Shown piece by piece: positions 1 through 13,961 of a DNA stretch of 64,000 nucleotides. Each line of letters begins with the position of its first letter. Position 1 is the first letter of the stretch. The notes beneath the pieces were generated by a model. That model was not told the origin of the DNA and searched no databases. It saw only the letters and a list, made by a program, of their open reading frames with translations. The DNA is taken from NCBI GenBank assembly GCA_964016885.1, contig OZ024748.1, positions 33,294,001 through 33,358,000 on the forward strand, read 5' to 3'. The DNA is from Eledone cirrhosa. Its lineage: Eukaryota. The position numbers and the translations under genes are program-made.

Positions 1-595
1 AGTTTGGTGTAGTGCTGTAAGAGAGTTTGATGGTATTTTTGTTAATTATGTTGTGGTAGCGGTGTTGTAATGGGAAGTGTTTTTCAATGAGCCTAAAGAA
101 TAGTTTCCCGATGGGAGTAGTCACCTCTGCGTTGTGGGGAGGATTGAACCATGTTACATTGCGTGAGCGGCGGTGTCTCCTGCTGGTTCCGCTAATGGGA
201 TCTGGACAGTAGGATATTTCCTCCCGGAAACCACTCCGCTTGAGGGCCTGGTTGTAATAAGGCGCATGTTCATCGAATATCCGCTCATTAGCTGACAAAC
301 GGGATATGCGGAGGGAGATGTTTTTGACCAGGTTGTTTGTGATGTTCCTAGGATGGTTTGATCGGCGGTGGATGTAGTGCAGATTGTCATTAGGTTTCCT
401 GTATGGGTAGTACAGGTCGTTTTCGAGGTCGAGGGTTACGTCCAGGAAGTTTACTCGGGTCAGGGACGTTTGTAGGGTTATTTTAAATCCCCAGTCGCGG
501 AAGAATCTGATTAATTGTTTCCGGACCCGATCTGTACTACTGGGGTTGTACCCTTTAAGGGTAAGGAGCCCATCATCACGGTACAATCCACCACC
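1..595 (-). mobile_element. Inverted partial copy of the Penelope-like element (RT/linker region), running off the window start
   Basis: Positions 1-595 are the reverse complement of 2857-3451 (paired coordinates sum to 3452; ORF 154..390- mirrors 3062..3298+). It joins the 5' pseudo-LTR directly at 595, the inverted 5' structure typical of PLE insertions. Confidence 0.93.
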
Positions 596-1657
596 TCCTT
601 TGTCGGCGTCTTTTCTCGCCCACCCGAGGCTGCCCTTTGGCCCCATGTAGCCTTAGTACCCCCACTCCCCCCTCCCCTAGTCTTTGATAGATTTGGCGGA
701 CTCCGCCCTTTATAGCAGTTGGCTTAGACCCCGGATACTTGCCCCCCTTTTCCGACCGCTCCCACTATTCTCTGTGCCCTCTTTATTTCTTAGTGGCACT
801 TATGCCTTATTTTTTCGTTTCAGTATTTCTTGCTTCGCTTTTCTTCTGGGCGGGGTGGATTCTGAACTTATTTCTCCGTATTCTACCTTTATTTCGTACG
901 AACTTTCATGTAGCTTGTTTTAGATCTTTTAGAGTTAGCATTAGTATATATTTTTCCCGGGACTCAGAATTATTATGTCGTACAAGTTCACTTTGCTGCA
1001 CTGGGTCGTTGCTGGCCCGGGATGGAAACCTTTATTGTTTATTTCGTGGTAGTCTCTTTAGTATTTTGGCCCCTTTTGTTGACCAGTCACCGTATCATTT
1101 ACGTACTTATACCTCTTAAAAGGGTCCTTGCTTAATTCGTCCCACCTAGTTCTTTTACTTATTTCCTTATTTATTTATTTATTTATTTATTTACTTCTTT
1201 CTTTCTTTCTTTATTTTATTCTCGCCTAACAATAGCCTGACACCTAGGTCGTAGAATTTAATTTTTTCTTTACACTTTTTTGCTTTTCTTCACTCTCAGT
1301 ATTTTTTCTTTCCTATTTTTACCCCCCATTGTTCTACCTACCGTTCCGACTTCCTCCCCCTCCCCCTCCCCTGTATCTTCTTTGACCTCATGCCCAGCTG
1401 TAGCTGGCACTACCAACGCTTGATTGGGTCTACTCCACCCCCTCCCCTCTTTCTCCTACTGGCAGGTTTAGCCACCATCTCCCCTACTAATTTGCAACCA
1501 CAGAATTACTACTGATTTTTGACAATCACTTTGACCATATATGGAATTACCCCTTGAGAAGATCGGCTATTTAAATACCAGGATAAATGTTCATTTAGTC
1601 CAGAATTAGCCGTCGAAACGGCTTGAGCTCAGCTGTCGGGGTCTTACTGGTTCCTAT
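595..1657 (+). repeat. 5' pseudo-LTR of Penelope-like element
   Basis: Direct repeat of 4126-5187. I see only about 2 differences (one C indel near 660, one T/G near 1039). Contains a hammerhead near its 3' end. Confidence 0.92.
1549..1642 (+). ncRNA. Type I hammerhead ribozyme, U3-A8 core variant (family A)
   Basis: Stem I ACCCC(1549-53)/GGGGT(1638-42); core TTGAGAA(1554-60); stem II GATCGGCTA...TAGCCGTC with an inner hairpin; GAAA(1615-18); stem III CGGCT-TGAGCTC-AGCTG; predicted GUC cleavage after 1637. Confidence 0.8.
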
Positions 1658-1827
1658 TACCCACTCTACTACCTCAAGTATTGAGTACTTTGGTGCGTTA
1701 TGGTCCACCTGGTTCCTTACCACATTTCCTTCGTTATCTAGCTCCTACTCCCGTAGTAGAGCACTTTCCGAACCTACCACGCCGTATCCAGACTTTTCCG
1801 CTAAGCTCAATTCATTTCACCCGCACC

Positions 1828-3981
1828 ATGCGAAAACACAACATTGACTTCTCTACCAAGAACATCCCAATCCCACCGAAAAAACTTTACCTTCGGATGC
1901 TCACGCAAAAAATTGATCTATTTGCGAAAAGACTTAGATGGAGAACTTTTTTCTATGACAGATATTGCGACAACCAAGACTTCGGCACCAAGGAGAGATT
2001 CGGATTTATTACCTACAAATCTCCGCCCCTGAACCCCTTGCTCGCACCCTTCGAGAATGACCTCTTCCAACTGGTCAAGAACATTAAATTTAAACCCAGA
2101 CACAACCGATTCCTACAAAAACTCCGTAGCAACTTAACAGAGTATGATAACACAAATGACATCATGGTGCATTCGGATAAAACTGGGAACCTATACTTTG
2201 TCAACCCTGACAGATACCACACACTGATCAGGAGCAGCCTAAACTCCACCTATAAAAAGGCCAACCACTCTTGCATCGAGGACATAAATCGAGATGGACA
2301 ACACATCACCTCCAGCCTCGGGGTCGCCGACCGCACGGAACCTCTAGACCCACGGACACCATACTTCACACTGAAGGACCATAAATCCGATTTTGACCGT
2401 AAACCCTCCATCAGGCTTATTAACCCAACGAAGTCCGACATAGGGAGAATCAGCAAAAAAATCCTAGACCGCGTGATACCAAAAGTCAAGCAACACACCC
2501 GACTTAGCCTATGGATCAACACCCAGGAAGTAATCTCCTGGTTCAGCAATATGGAGGATAAACGAGAAACTAAATTCATACAGTTCGACATAGAGAGCTA
2601 CTATGCTTCAATCACCTTACCGCTACTTACTGCCGCCTTGGACTTCGCCGAAACACTCGTGCCCATCACCGACCAGGAAAGAAAAATCATCCTCCACGCC
2701 AGGAAGACAGTCTTACTCTTTGACGACTCTAAATGGATAAAAAGAGCTCCCGACTCACCCTTCGACGTCAGCATGGGCGCCACGGATTCGGCGGAGGTCA
2801 CTGATCTTATAGGATTATTCCTAATAGCCAAACTCACTGATATGTTTCCTGCATTCGGTGGTGGATTGTACCGTGATGATGGGCTCCTTACCCTTAAAGG
2901 GTACAACCCCAGTAGTACAGATCGGGTCCGGAAACAATTAATCAGATTCTTCCGCGACTGGGGATTTAAAATAACCCTACAAACGTCCCTGACCCGAGTA
3001 AACTTCCTGGACGTAACCCTCGACCTCGAAAACGACCTGTACTACCCATACAGGAAACCTAATGACAATCTGCACTACATCCACCGCCGATCAAACCATC
3101 CTAGGAACATCACAAACAACCTGGTCAAAAACATCTCCCTCCGCATATCCCGTTTGTCAGCTAATGAGCGGATATTCGATGAACATGCGCCTTATTACAA
3201 CCAGGCCCTCAAGCGGAGTGGTTTCCGGGAGGAAATATCCTACTGTCCAGATCCCATTAGCGGAACCAGCAGGAGACACCGCCGCTCACGCAATGTAACA
3301 TGGTTCAATCCTCCCCACAACGCAGAGGTGACTACTCCCATCGGGAAACTATTCTTTAGGCTCATTGAAAAACACTTCCCATTACAACACCGCTACCACA
3401 ACATAATTAACAAAAATACCATCAAACTCTCTTACAGCACTACACCAAACTTCGCACAAAACATCGTCTCCTCTAACAACAAAAAACTCAACCCCGATGG
3501 CAGAAATAACCTAAATAGCAGTGGAGAACCGACCAGGAGGTGTAACTGCCCGGATAGATCTATTTGCCCACTCGACAATAGATGCAGAGACCGTAATGTG
3601 ATCTACCAGTGCAACGTGAGGACGGATACCTCCAACAAAGCCTATATAGGACTTACCGCATGTGACTTCAAGACCCGGCTATACCAACATAGACATACCT
3701 TCCGAAACCCGGCCCGGCGTCACGCCACTACACTTTCGGGCCACATATGGGACCTCAAGGACAACAACATCACCTATGATCTCACTTGGAGATTACTGTC
3801 CAGAGCCAATTCTTACACGGGAGGACGCCGTCCGTGCAATTTATGCTCGGAGGAAACTTTACAAATGCTGTTTTCGACGGACCAACTCCTAAACAAGAAA
3901 GACGAACTGGTTACTGCATGTAAACATAGATTGCGTAGGACTTACCTCGCCCTCAAACCCCATAATGACCCGGGGGGGTAG
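1828..3981 (+). CDS. Penelope-like element ORF: reverse transcriptase + CxCx5Cx5C linker + C-terminal GIY-YIG endonuclease (717 aa from first ATG; frame open from 1681)
   Basis: RT motifs FDIESYY, SMGATDS, LYRDDGL, NFLDVTL. Linker CNCPDRSICPLDNRC. GIY-YIG-like VIYQC...AYIGLT...FKTRLYQH and C-terminal CNLC..E...LLNKKDE...CKH. No stops or frameshifts. Confidence 0.95.
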   Translation: MRKHNIDFSTKNIPIPPKKLYLRMLTQKIDLFAKRLRWRTFFYDRYCDNQDFGTKERFGFITYKSPPLNPLLAPFENDLFQLVKNIKFKPRHNRFLQKLRSNLTEYDNTNDIMVHSDKTGNLYFVNPDRYHTLIRSSLNSTYKKANHSCIEDINRDGQHITSSLGVADRTEPLDPRTPYFTLKDHKSDFDRKPSIRLINPTKSDIGRISKKILDRVIPKVKQHTRLSLWINTQEVISWFSNMEDKRETKFIQFDIESYYASITLPLLTAALDFAETLVPITDQERKIILHARKTVLLFDDSKWIKRAPDSPFDVSMGATDSAEVTDLIGLFLIAKLTDMFPAFGGGLYRDDGLLTLKGYNPSSTDRVRKQLIRFFRDWGFKITLQTSLTRVNFLDVTLDLENDLYYPYRKPNDNLHYIHRRSNHPRNITNNLVKNISLRISRLSANERIFDEHAPYYNQALKRSGFREEISYCPDPISGTSRRHRRSRNVTWFNPPHNAEVTTPIGKLFFRLIEKHFPLQHRYHNIINKNTIKLSYSTTPNFAQNIVSSNNKKLNPDGRNNLNSSGEPTRRCNCPDRSICPLDNRCRDRNVIYQCNVRTDTSNKAYIGLTACDFKTRLYQHRHTFRNPARRHATTLSGHIWDLKDNNITYDLTWRLLSRANSYTGGRRPCNLCSEETLQMLFSTDQLLNKKDELVTACKHRLRRTYLALKPHNDPGG

Positions 3982-4125
3982 ACTAGGGCTTTAACACCCC
4001 AGTTGCCGATTTTGCAATGGGTAACCCCTGCTTGCCAAGGAAGACGTAAGATCTTCTTTGTATTCTTTTATCGCATCCTTTATTTCCTTCCCCCCTCTCT
4101 CCTTTGTCCTTCTACCCCAGCTCTT

Positions 4126-5182
4126 CTCCTTTGTCGGCGTCTTTTCTCGCCCACCCGAGGCTGCCCTTTGGCCCCATGTAGCCTTAGTACCCCACTCCCC
4201 CCTCCCCTAGTCTTTGATAGATTTGGCGGACTCCGCCCTTTATAGCAGTTGGCTTAGACCCCGGATACTTGCCCCCCTTTTCCGACCGCTCCCACTATTC
4301 TCTGTGCCCTCTTTATTTCTTAGTGGCACTTATGCCTTATTTTTTCGTTTCAGTATTTCTTGCTTCGCTTTTCTTCTGGGCGGGGTGGATTCTGAACTTA
4401 TTTCTCCGTATTCTACCTTTATTTCGTACGAACTTTCATGTAGCTTGTTTTAGATCTTTTAGAGTTAGCATTAGTATATATTTTTCCCGGGACTCAGAAT
4501 TATTATGTCGTACAAGTTCACTTTGCTGCACTGGGTCGTTGCTGGCCCGGGATGGAAACCTTTATTGTGTATTTCGTGGTAGTCTCTTTAGTATTTTGGC
4601 CCCTTTTGTTGACCAGTCACCGTATCATTTACGTACTTATACCTCTTAAAAGGGTCCTTGCTTAATTCGTCCCACCTAGTTCTTTTACTTATTTCCTTAT
4701 TTATTTATTTATTTATTTATTTACTTCTTTCTTTCTTTCTTTATTTTATTCTCGCCTAACAATAGCCTGACACCTAGGTCGTAGAATTTAATTTTTTCTT
4801 TACACTTTTTTGCTTTTCTTCACTCTCAGTATTTTTTCTTTCCTATTTTTACCCCCCATTGTTCTACCTACCGTTCCGACTTCCTCCCCCTCCCCCTCCC
4901 CTGTATCTTCTTTGACCTCATGCCCAGCTGTAGCTGGCACTACCAACGCTTGATTGGGTCTACTCCACCCCCTCCCCTCTTTCTCCTACTGGCAGGTTTA
5001 GCCACCATCTCCCCTACTAATTTGCAACCACAGAATTACTACTGATTTTTGACAATCACTTTGACCATATATGGAATTACCCCTTGAGAAGATCGGCTAT
5101 TTAAATACCAGGATAAATGTTCATTTAGTCCAGAATTAGCCGTCGAAACGGCTTGAGCTCAGCTGTCGGGGTCTTACTGGTT

Positions 5183-5187
<5 letters not shown>
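4126..5187 (+). repeat. 3' pseudo-LTR of Penelope-like element, ending in (TA)n
   Basis: Direct repeat of 595-1657 (offset 3530-3531). Ends at TTCCTAT, which runs into a (TA)n tract. Confidence 0.92.
5079..5172 (+). ncRNA. Type I hammerhead ribozyme, family A, second copy
   Basis: Identical to 1549-1642; predicted cleavage after C5167. Confidence 0.8.
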
Positions 5188-5232
<45 letters not shown>

Positions 5233-5760
5233 CATATATATATATACATATGGTGGCTGCCAACTTGTTTTCGAGTACGGCCACTACTTTATATCCATGT
5301 AGGAGAACCCCTACCAATGCGCTGAACGAGTGTGACTTTTTAGTCCAGCCAGCGACTTGAAATCTCTGGTACAAACACTACACCTGTGACAATTATTGAC
5401 ACATAGTGCTGGGCCCATGGTACCATGTGACGACAAGTGCAGAGAGATCTCCAGATATAAAGCAATGCCTGTGCTGTGAAGCTTTTATAGTGAGCAAAGG
5501 CACTGTACAAAGCCAGTCCCACTCTCTTAACCAAGATGATATTTACCAAAAAGAAGAACAATTCAACATCATTGGATACCATCAGAGTTGCAGGTGTTAT
5601 ATCAGAGTTTTCCTTCTCCTAGAATTCTGCCTTGACAAAGGCTAAGGGGTCATCCCGGTGATTTTGGATGGCTATTGACTCTTAAGAGCCCCTTTGCCTT
5701 TTGACAGGTTTTGTTTTTAGTCCTGCAGGATGTCCAAAGCCACCCTCCTCACCAAGAAAA

Positions 5761-5852
5761 ATATATACATATACATATATATATATACATATATATATAC
5801 ATATACATATACATATATATACATATACATATATATATATACATATATATAC

Positions 5853-5898
<46 letters not shown>

Positions 5899-5965
5899 GT
5901 ATATATATATATGTATATGTATATATATGTATATGTATATATATATGTATATGTATATATATATG

Positions 5966-6048
<83 letters not shown>

Positions 6049-6049
6049 G

Positions 6050-6100
<51 letters not shown>

Positions 6101-6109
6101 GTATATATA

Positions 6110-6144
<35 letters not shown>

Positions 6145-6355
6145 GTATATGTATATATATACATATATATATATATATATGTATATGTATATATATACAT
6201 ATATATATATATATATGTATATATGTATATATGTATATATATGCATATATATGTATATATGTATATATATGAATATATATATATATATATATATATATGC
6301 ATATATATATATATGTATACATATATGCATATATACATATATATATATATGTGTA

Positions 6356-6386
<31 letters not shown>

Positions 6387-6389
6387 ATA

Positions 6390-6432
<43 letters not shown>

Positions 6433-6473
6433 ATATATATGCATATATATATATACATATATATATATATGTG

Positions 6474-6527
<54 letters not shown>

Positions 6528-6618
6528 CATATATATAAATATATACATATATATATATACATATATATATATACATATATATATATACATATATATATAC
6601 ATATATATAAATATACAT

Positions 6619-6649
<31 letters not shown>

Positions 6650-6656
6650 CATATAC

Positions 6657-6720
<64 letters not shown>
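5761..6720. repeat. (TA)n/(TACA)n compound microsatellite
   Basis: Directly visible low-complexity tract. Confidence 0.95.
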
Positions 6721-6729
<9 letters not shown>

Positions 6730-6783
6730 TAAACAAATAATGAATAAAACAATGAAACAGTTCCTTATATTAAACAAAAAAAG

Positions 6784-6937
6784 TTCATTATTTAACGATC
6801 GTTTCTAGGATATATATGTGTTAGAATTGGCATGCATATTCAACAGATCTATGTACAAAATTATACAAAATTATACAAACTATCAAGATTAAATATACAT
6901 ACCAACACATATATACGCCGTCTTCAGAAATAATGAA
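6784..6937 (-). ncRNA. Type I hammerhead ribozyme with 115-nt stem II (family B), left arm
   Basis: Reverse complement of 13962-14115. Confidence 0.75.
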
Positions 6938-7551
6938 ATATATTTATTGATAATAACAACAATTCAAAATTTCAGGTCCGTTTGGGAACAAAATTGACCA
7001 ATGAAAATACAAAAGGTTTTATGCAGTTCGGTGTGTGTATATACATGTAACTACCCTTACACATATTTTACAAAAATGTATGCTCAACATGTATATGCAT
7101 ACCAAAAGGATGGATACAAATACAAAATTTCAAGGTTAATGTCTCTGTAAGTTTATAATGCACAGATAAGATGCGTATAGACACATAAACATGAAATAAG
7201 TGTATACACATATTCTCATACTCACACATATCCGTACAATCACACACACGCGCGCGTATATGCATAAACATACACATAATTACGAACATACAAACACACA
7301 CACACCCCCACTCACATATATATATGTGGATATAATATCATAAGCACATGGATATTAATTCACTCACATAAACACTGCCACACACATTTTTAGATCAAGA
7401 TACAGAAATTAGGTGGGAGGGGGGAGAGGTCAGTATTCAACGGTTTGGGCAGACTGCTTATTATAGATGTATCTATAAACTAAGAAAATAAAAAATAAAA
7501 ATTAAAAAGGAAAGAAAATAAAAATAAAAAAGAAAAAAGAAATATATCAAG

Positions 7552-7620
<69 letters not shown>

Positions 7621-7717
7621 ACACACATACATATACACACATCCACACTTAGAACATACATACACACACATATATAAACATATACATATACACACATACA
7701 CACATATACACACATAC

Positions 7718-7768
<51 letters not shown>

Positions 7769-8045
7769 TACACATATAATCACACATACTATATAGACAC
7801 ACATGTATATACACACATACACGCACATATACATACACATACATACTTATATACATACAGATATACACATACATACCTATATATACACACAAATACATAC
7901 AGACATACATACATACATACACACAAATACTTACGCATCCATATATCGGTATATACATACAAACACCACTACACTCTCACACAACTCAGACATACAAAGA
8001 AAAAGGTATATACCTATACACATATACATATACAAATAGAGATAC

Positions 8046-8106
<61 letters not shown>

Positions 8107-8282
8107 CACATATACACACATATACATACATACACATACATACATGTACACACACATACATATACATACATACACACATACACACATACATATATAGTCA
8201 TACACACACATACACCTACACGAACATACACATACACATATATAAAGATATATATACACACACACACATATATATAAAATAA

Positions 8283-8313
<31 letters not shown>

Positions 8314-8891
8314 CGTACATATACATACACACATACATAGACATATATGTACATACATACACATACATACATACATACACACACATATATACATATATAT
8401 ACACACACATAGACACATACATACATACACACACAACATACATACACACACATATATACTCATACATAGAATTAGATATATATTCATACATACATACGCA
8501 CTTACATATACTCATATATACAAATACATACGCATCCATATATGCGTATATACATACAAACACCACTACACCCTCACACAACTCAGACATACAAAGAAAA
8601 AGGCATATACATATACATATATACACGCATTAATAGAGATATATATACACATATATATATATATATATATATACACATACATTTATATATATACACCCAC
8701 ACACACATACAACCATAAACACACATACAAACACACACATACACATATATATACACATACATATATATACACACACACAAAAAACAGACATACACATATA
8801 TATTTTTTTACACATATATATACACATATATATACATATACACACCCTCACATATACACACATACACATAAGTTATATTATAATAATAAAT

Positions 8892-8922
<31 letters not shown>

Positions 8923-9316
8923 ATAAATCTACCAAGAGTTTACGGTAGTGTCCAATCCGTATGAAGAACTCAATGTATTCCGGATATCATGGAAAGAAGA
9001 GATGTAATGAAAAATCACTTTCGGTGAAAGATAAACGGTGAAATATATATATATACGGTGAAATATATATATATACACATACGAATATAGACATATATAC
9101 ACACATAGATATATATATATACATATACACACACACACACACACACTCACATATATATGTGCGCACACGTACATATATACACATACACACATATACACGT
9201 AAACACATACATGTGCATACATGCACACACACACATATACCCACATAGATACGAAGATAGACATATAAATAGAGAGACATACATATATATACACACACAT
9301 ATATACATACATACAT

Positions 9317-9357
<41 letters not shown>

Positions 9358-10193
9358 CACACATACATGCCCACACACATATACACATATACACATATAT
9401 ATACATACACACATACACATACACATATATATACACATGCATATATACACATATATATATACATACACACATATATATACACACAATCTTACATTCTTAT
9501 TTGCATGCGCATATATGTATTTTTATATTCAGATATAAATACCCAAACATATATATACCTACCTACATATATATTCATACATACACGCTTACAAACACAG
9601 ATGATAATAGTATGGGGGAAAGGGGGGGGGTTGGAGAAGGGGATTATAGTAAATATATGTTTCAAGAAACATAGAATATTATCTGTATCTGGATCCAATG
9701 TATGTTTTTACATAGTTTCAGTGTTAGGAAATACAAGAAATAAGGCAAAATTTATGCATTTCAAAATAAATAAGTATACCATTAATTATATGTTAACTAA
9801 ACTAAAGATAGTTAACATATTGATTTCTAAGGTGTAAATTAGTTAGGTTTATAATATTTGAAGCAGAATTTTGAAGTTAAATAGTAGTAGAGTATTAATT
9901 ATAGTATAACTAAATTAAAGTTAATAACGTTATGGTATCAATATTAGGAAATGAATTTAGTAATAGGGAAAAAACAAATAAAGTATTACATCGGTAGTAG
10001 AATATAAATTATAGGTTAACTAAATTAAAAATTATATATTAATTTCTATAGTATATGTTAATTAGGTATATAATAAATAAAACAGATATTGTATTTTATC
10101 AATAGCAGAATATAATTATATGCAAATAGAAATCAAAATTAATACATATACATATACATATACATACACATATATATATACATATATATACAC

Positions 10194-10230
<37 letters not shown>

Positions 10231-11500
10231 TACACATACATATACATACATACATATACATATTTTTTCAAAAATTGCAAAGAATATATTAACTAGGTAT
10301 ATATCCAAAACACATCCCATTCTATGATTACATGACATTCTGCAATCCGTCTGTATAAGGATACTAATTTTAAGCCAATTAAATTTTTAGGTTGACTAAA
10401 TTTAAAACCAAATTATAAATATATTTCTAAAATGTATATTAATTAGGTCTATAATACTAAAAATTATTTCTCTGTCATTGGATACACGATATTTTGTTAT
10501 ATTTTATCTGTAAAGGAATTTTAATAAAAGGTTTAAATAAATTAAAATTAATCTATAAATTAAATTACTAAGTATATATTAGTAATATTTAAAGGTTTTT
10601 CACAATTTATGATTACACAATATTTTATATTCTCATCTGTAATAGAATTTTAATTAAATTAAATTTATAGGTTAACTAACATTTAAATTAAATTAATTTC
10701 TAAAATAATGTTATTAATTAGGTTTATAATATTTAAATGTTTTTTTTAGTTTATGATTACACGATATAATTAATTCCTGTCGTTTATTTAATAGGATATC
10801 CTTATATCGTTTATTTAATAGGATATCCTTATATCGTGTAATCATAAACTAAAAAAAACTACTACCGATGTAATACTTTATTTGTTTTTTCCCTATTACT
10901 AAATTCATTTCCTAATATTGATACCATAACGTTATTAACTTTAATTTAGTTATACTATAATTAATACTCTACTACTATTTAACTTCAAAATTCTGCTTCA
11001 AATATTATAAACCTAACTAATTTACACCTTAGAAATCAATATGTTAACTATCTTTAGTTTAGTTAACATATAATTAATGGTATACTTATTTATTTTGAAA
11101 TGCATAAATTTTGCCTTATTTCTTGTATTTCCTAACACTGAAACTATGTAAAAACATACATTGGATCCAGATACAGATAATATTCTATGTTTCTTGAAAC
11201 ATATATTTACTATAATCCCCTTCTCCAACCCCCCCCTTTCCCCCATACTATTATCATCTGTGTTTGTAAGCGTGTATGTATGAATATATATGTAGGTAGG
11301 TATATATATGTTTGGGTATTTATATCTGAATATAAAAATACATATATGCGCATGCAAATAAGAATGTAAGATTGTGTGTATATATATGTGTGTATGTATA
11401 TATATATGTGTATATATGCATGTGTATATATATGTGTATGTGTATGTGTGTATGTATATATATGTGTATATGTGTATATGTGTGTGGGCATGTATGTGTG

Positions 11501-11547
<47 letters not shown>

Positions 11548-11942
11548 ATGTATGTATGTATATATGTGTGTGTATATATATGTATGTCTCTCTATTTATA
11601 TGTCTATCTTCGTATCTATGTGGGTATATGTGTGTGTGTGCATGTATGCACATGTATGTGTTTACGTGTATATGTGTGTATGTGTATATATGTACGTGTG
11701 CGCACATATATATGTGAGTGTGTGTGTGTGTGTGTGTATATGTATATATATATATCTATGTGTGTATATATGTCTATATTCGTATGTGTATATATATATA
11801 TTTCACCGTATATATATATATTTCACCGTTTATCTTTCACCGAAAGTGATTTTTCATTACATCTCTTCTTTCCATGATATCCGGAATACATTGAGTTCTT
11901 CATACGGATTGGACACTACCGTAAACTCTTGGTAGATTTATC

Positions 11943-11977
<35 letters not shown>

Positions 11978-12548
11978 TATTATTATAATATAACTTATGT
12001 GTATGTGTGTATATGTGAGGGTGTGTATATGTATATATATGTGTATATATATGTGTAAAAAAATATATATGTGTATGTCTGTTTTTTGTGTGTGTGTATA
12101 TATATGTATGTGTATATATATGTGTATGTGTGTGTTTGTATGTGTGTTTATGGTTGTATGTGTGTGTGGGTGTATATATATAAATGTATGTGTATATATA
12201 TATATATATATATATGTGTATATATATCTCTATTAATGCGTGCATATATGTATATGTATATGCCTTTTTCTTTGTATGTCTGAGTTGTGTGAGGGTGTAG
12301 TGGTGTTTGTATGTATATACGCATATATGGATGCGTATGTATTTGTATATATGAGTATATGTAAGTGCGTATGTATGTATGAATATATATCTAATTCTAT
12401 GTATGAGTATATATGTGTGTGTATGTATGTTGTGTGTGTATGTATGTATGTGTCTATGTGTGTGTATATATATGTATATATGTGTGTGTATGTATGTATG
12501 TATGTGTATGTATGTACATATATGTCTATGTATGTGTGTATGTATATG

Positions 12549-12591
<43 letters not shown>

Positions 12592-12781
12592 TTATTTTAT
12601 ATATATGTGTGTGTGTGTATGTGTGTGTGTGTATATATATCTTTATATATGTGTATGTGTATGTTCGTGTAGGTGTATGTGTGTGTATGACTATATATGT
12701 ATGTGTGTATGTGTGTATGTATGTATATGTATGTGTGTGTACATGTATGTATGTGTATGTATGTATATGTGTGTATATGTG

Positions 12782-12842
<61 letters not shown>

Positions 12843-13127
12843 GTATCTCTATTTGTATATGTATATGTGTATAGGTATATACCTTTTTCTTTGTATGTCT
12901 GAGTTGTGTGAGAGTGTAGTGGTGTTTGTATGTATATACCGATATATGGATGCGTAAGTATTTGTGTGTATGTATGTATGTATGTCTGTATGTATTTGTG
13001 TGTATATATAGGTATGTATGTGTATATCTGTATGTATATAAGTATGTATGTGTATGTATATGTGCGTGTATGTGTGTATATACATGTGTGTCTATATAGT
13101 ATGTGTGATTATATGTGTATATATGTG

Positions 13128-13171
<44 letters not shown>

Positions 13172-13271
13172 GTATGTGTGTATATGTGTGTATGTGTGTA
13201 TATGTATATGTTTATATATATGTGTTGTGTATGTATGTTCTAAGTGTGGATGTGTGTATATGTATGTGTGT

Positions 13272-13325
<54 letters not shown>

Positions 13326-13961
13326 ATATATATATATATATATTTTCTTGATATATTTCTTTTTTCTTTTTTATTTTATTTTCTTTCCTTTTTAATTTTT
13401 ATTTTTTATTTTCTTAGTTTATAGATACATCTATAATAAGCAGTCTGCCCAAACCGTTGAATACTGACCTCTCCCCCCCTCCACCTAATTTCTGTATCTT
13501 GATCTAAAAATGTGTGTGGCAGTGTTTATGTGAGTGAATTAATATCCATGTGCTTATGATATTATATCCACATATATATATGTGAGTGGGGGGGTGTGTG
13601 TGTTTGTATGTTCGTAATTATGTGTATGTTTATGCATATACGCGCGCGTGTGTGTGATTGTACGGATATGTGTGAGTATGAGAATATGTGTATACACTTA
13701 TTTCATATTTATGTGGTCTATACGCATCTTATCTGTGCATTATAAACTTACAGAGACATTAACCTTGAAATTTTGTATTTGTATCCATCCTTTTGGTATG
13801 CATATACATGTTGAGCATACATTTTTGTAAAATATGTGTAAGGGTAGTTACATGTATATACACACACACGAACTGCATAAAACCTTTTGTATTTTCATTG
13901 GTCAATTTTGTTCCCAAACGGACCTGAAATTTTGAATTGTTGTTATTATCAATAAATATAT

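Noticed and set aside
515-1119. Short ORFs in the pLTR (also 4003-4649)
   Set aside because: Low-complexity pyrimidine-rich sequence with no recognisable motif; duplicated only because the pLTR is.
1681-1827. TTG-initiated N-terminal extension of the PLE ORF
   Set aside because: Conserved-looking sequence (FSTKNIPIP) starts just after ATG 1828; the extension cannot be supported, although it is not excluded.
5230-5760. Possible LINE 5' UTR or exon
   Set aside because: No recognisable coding or structural motif that I can support.
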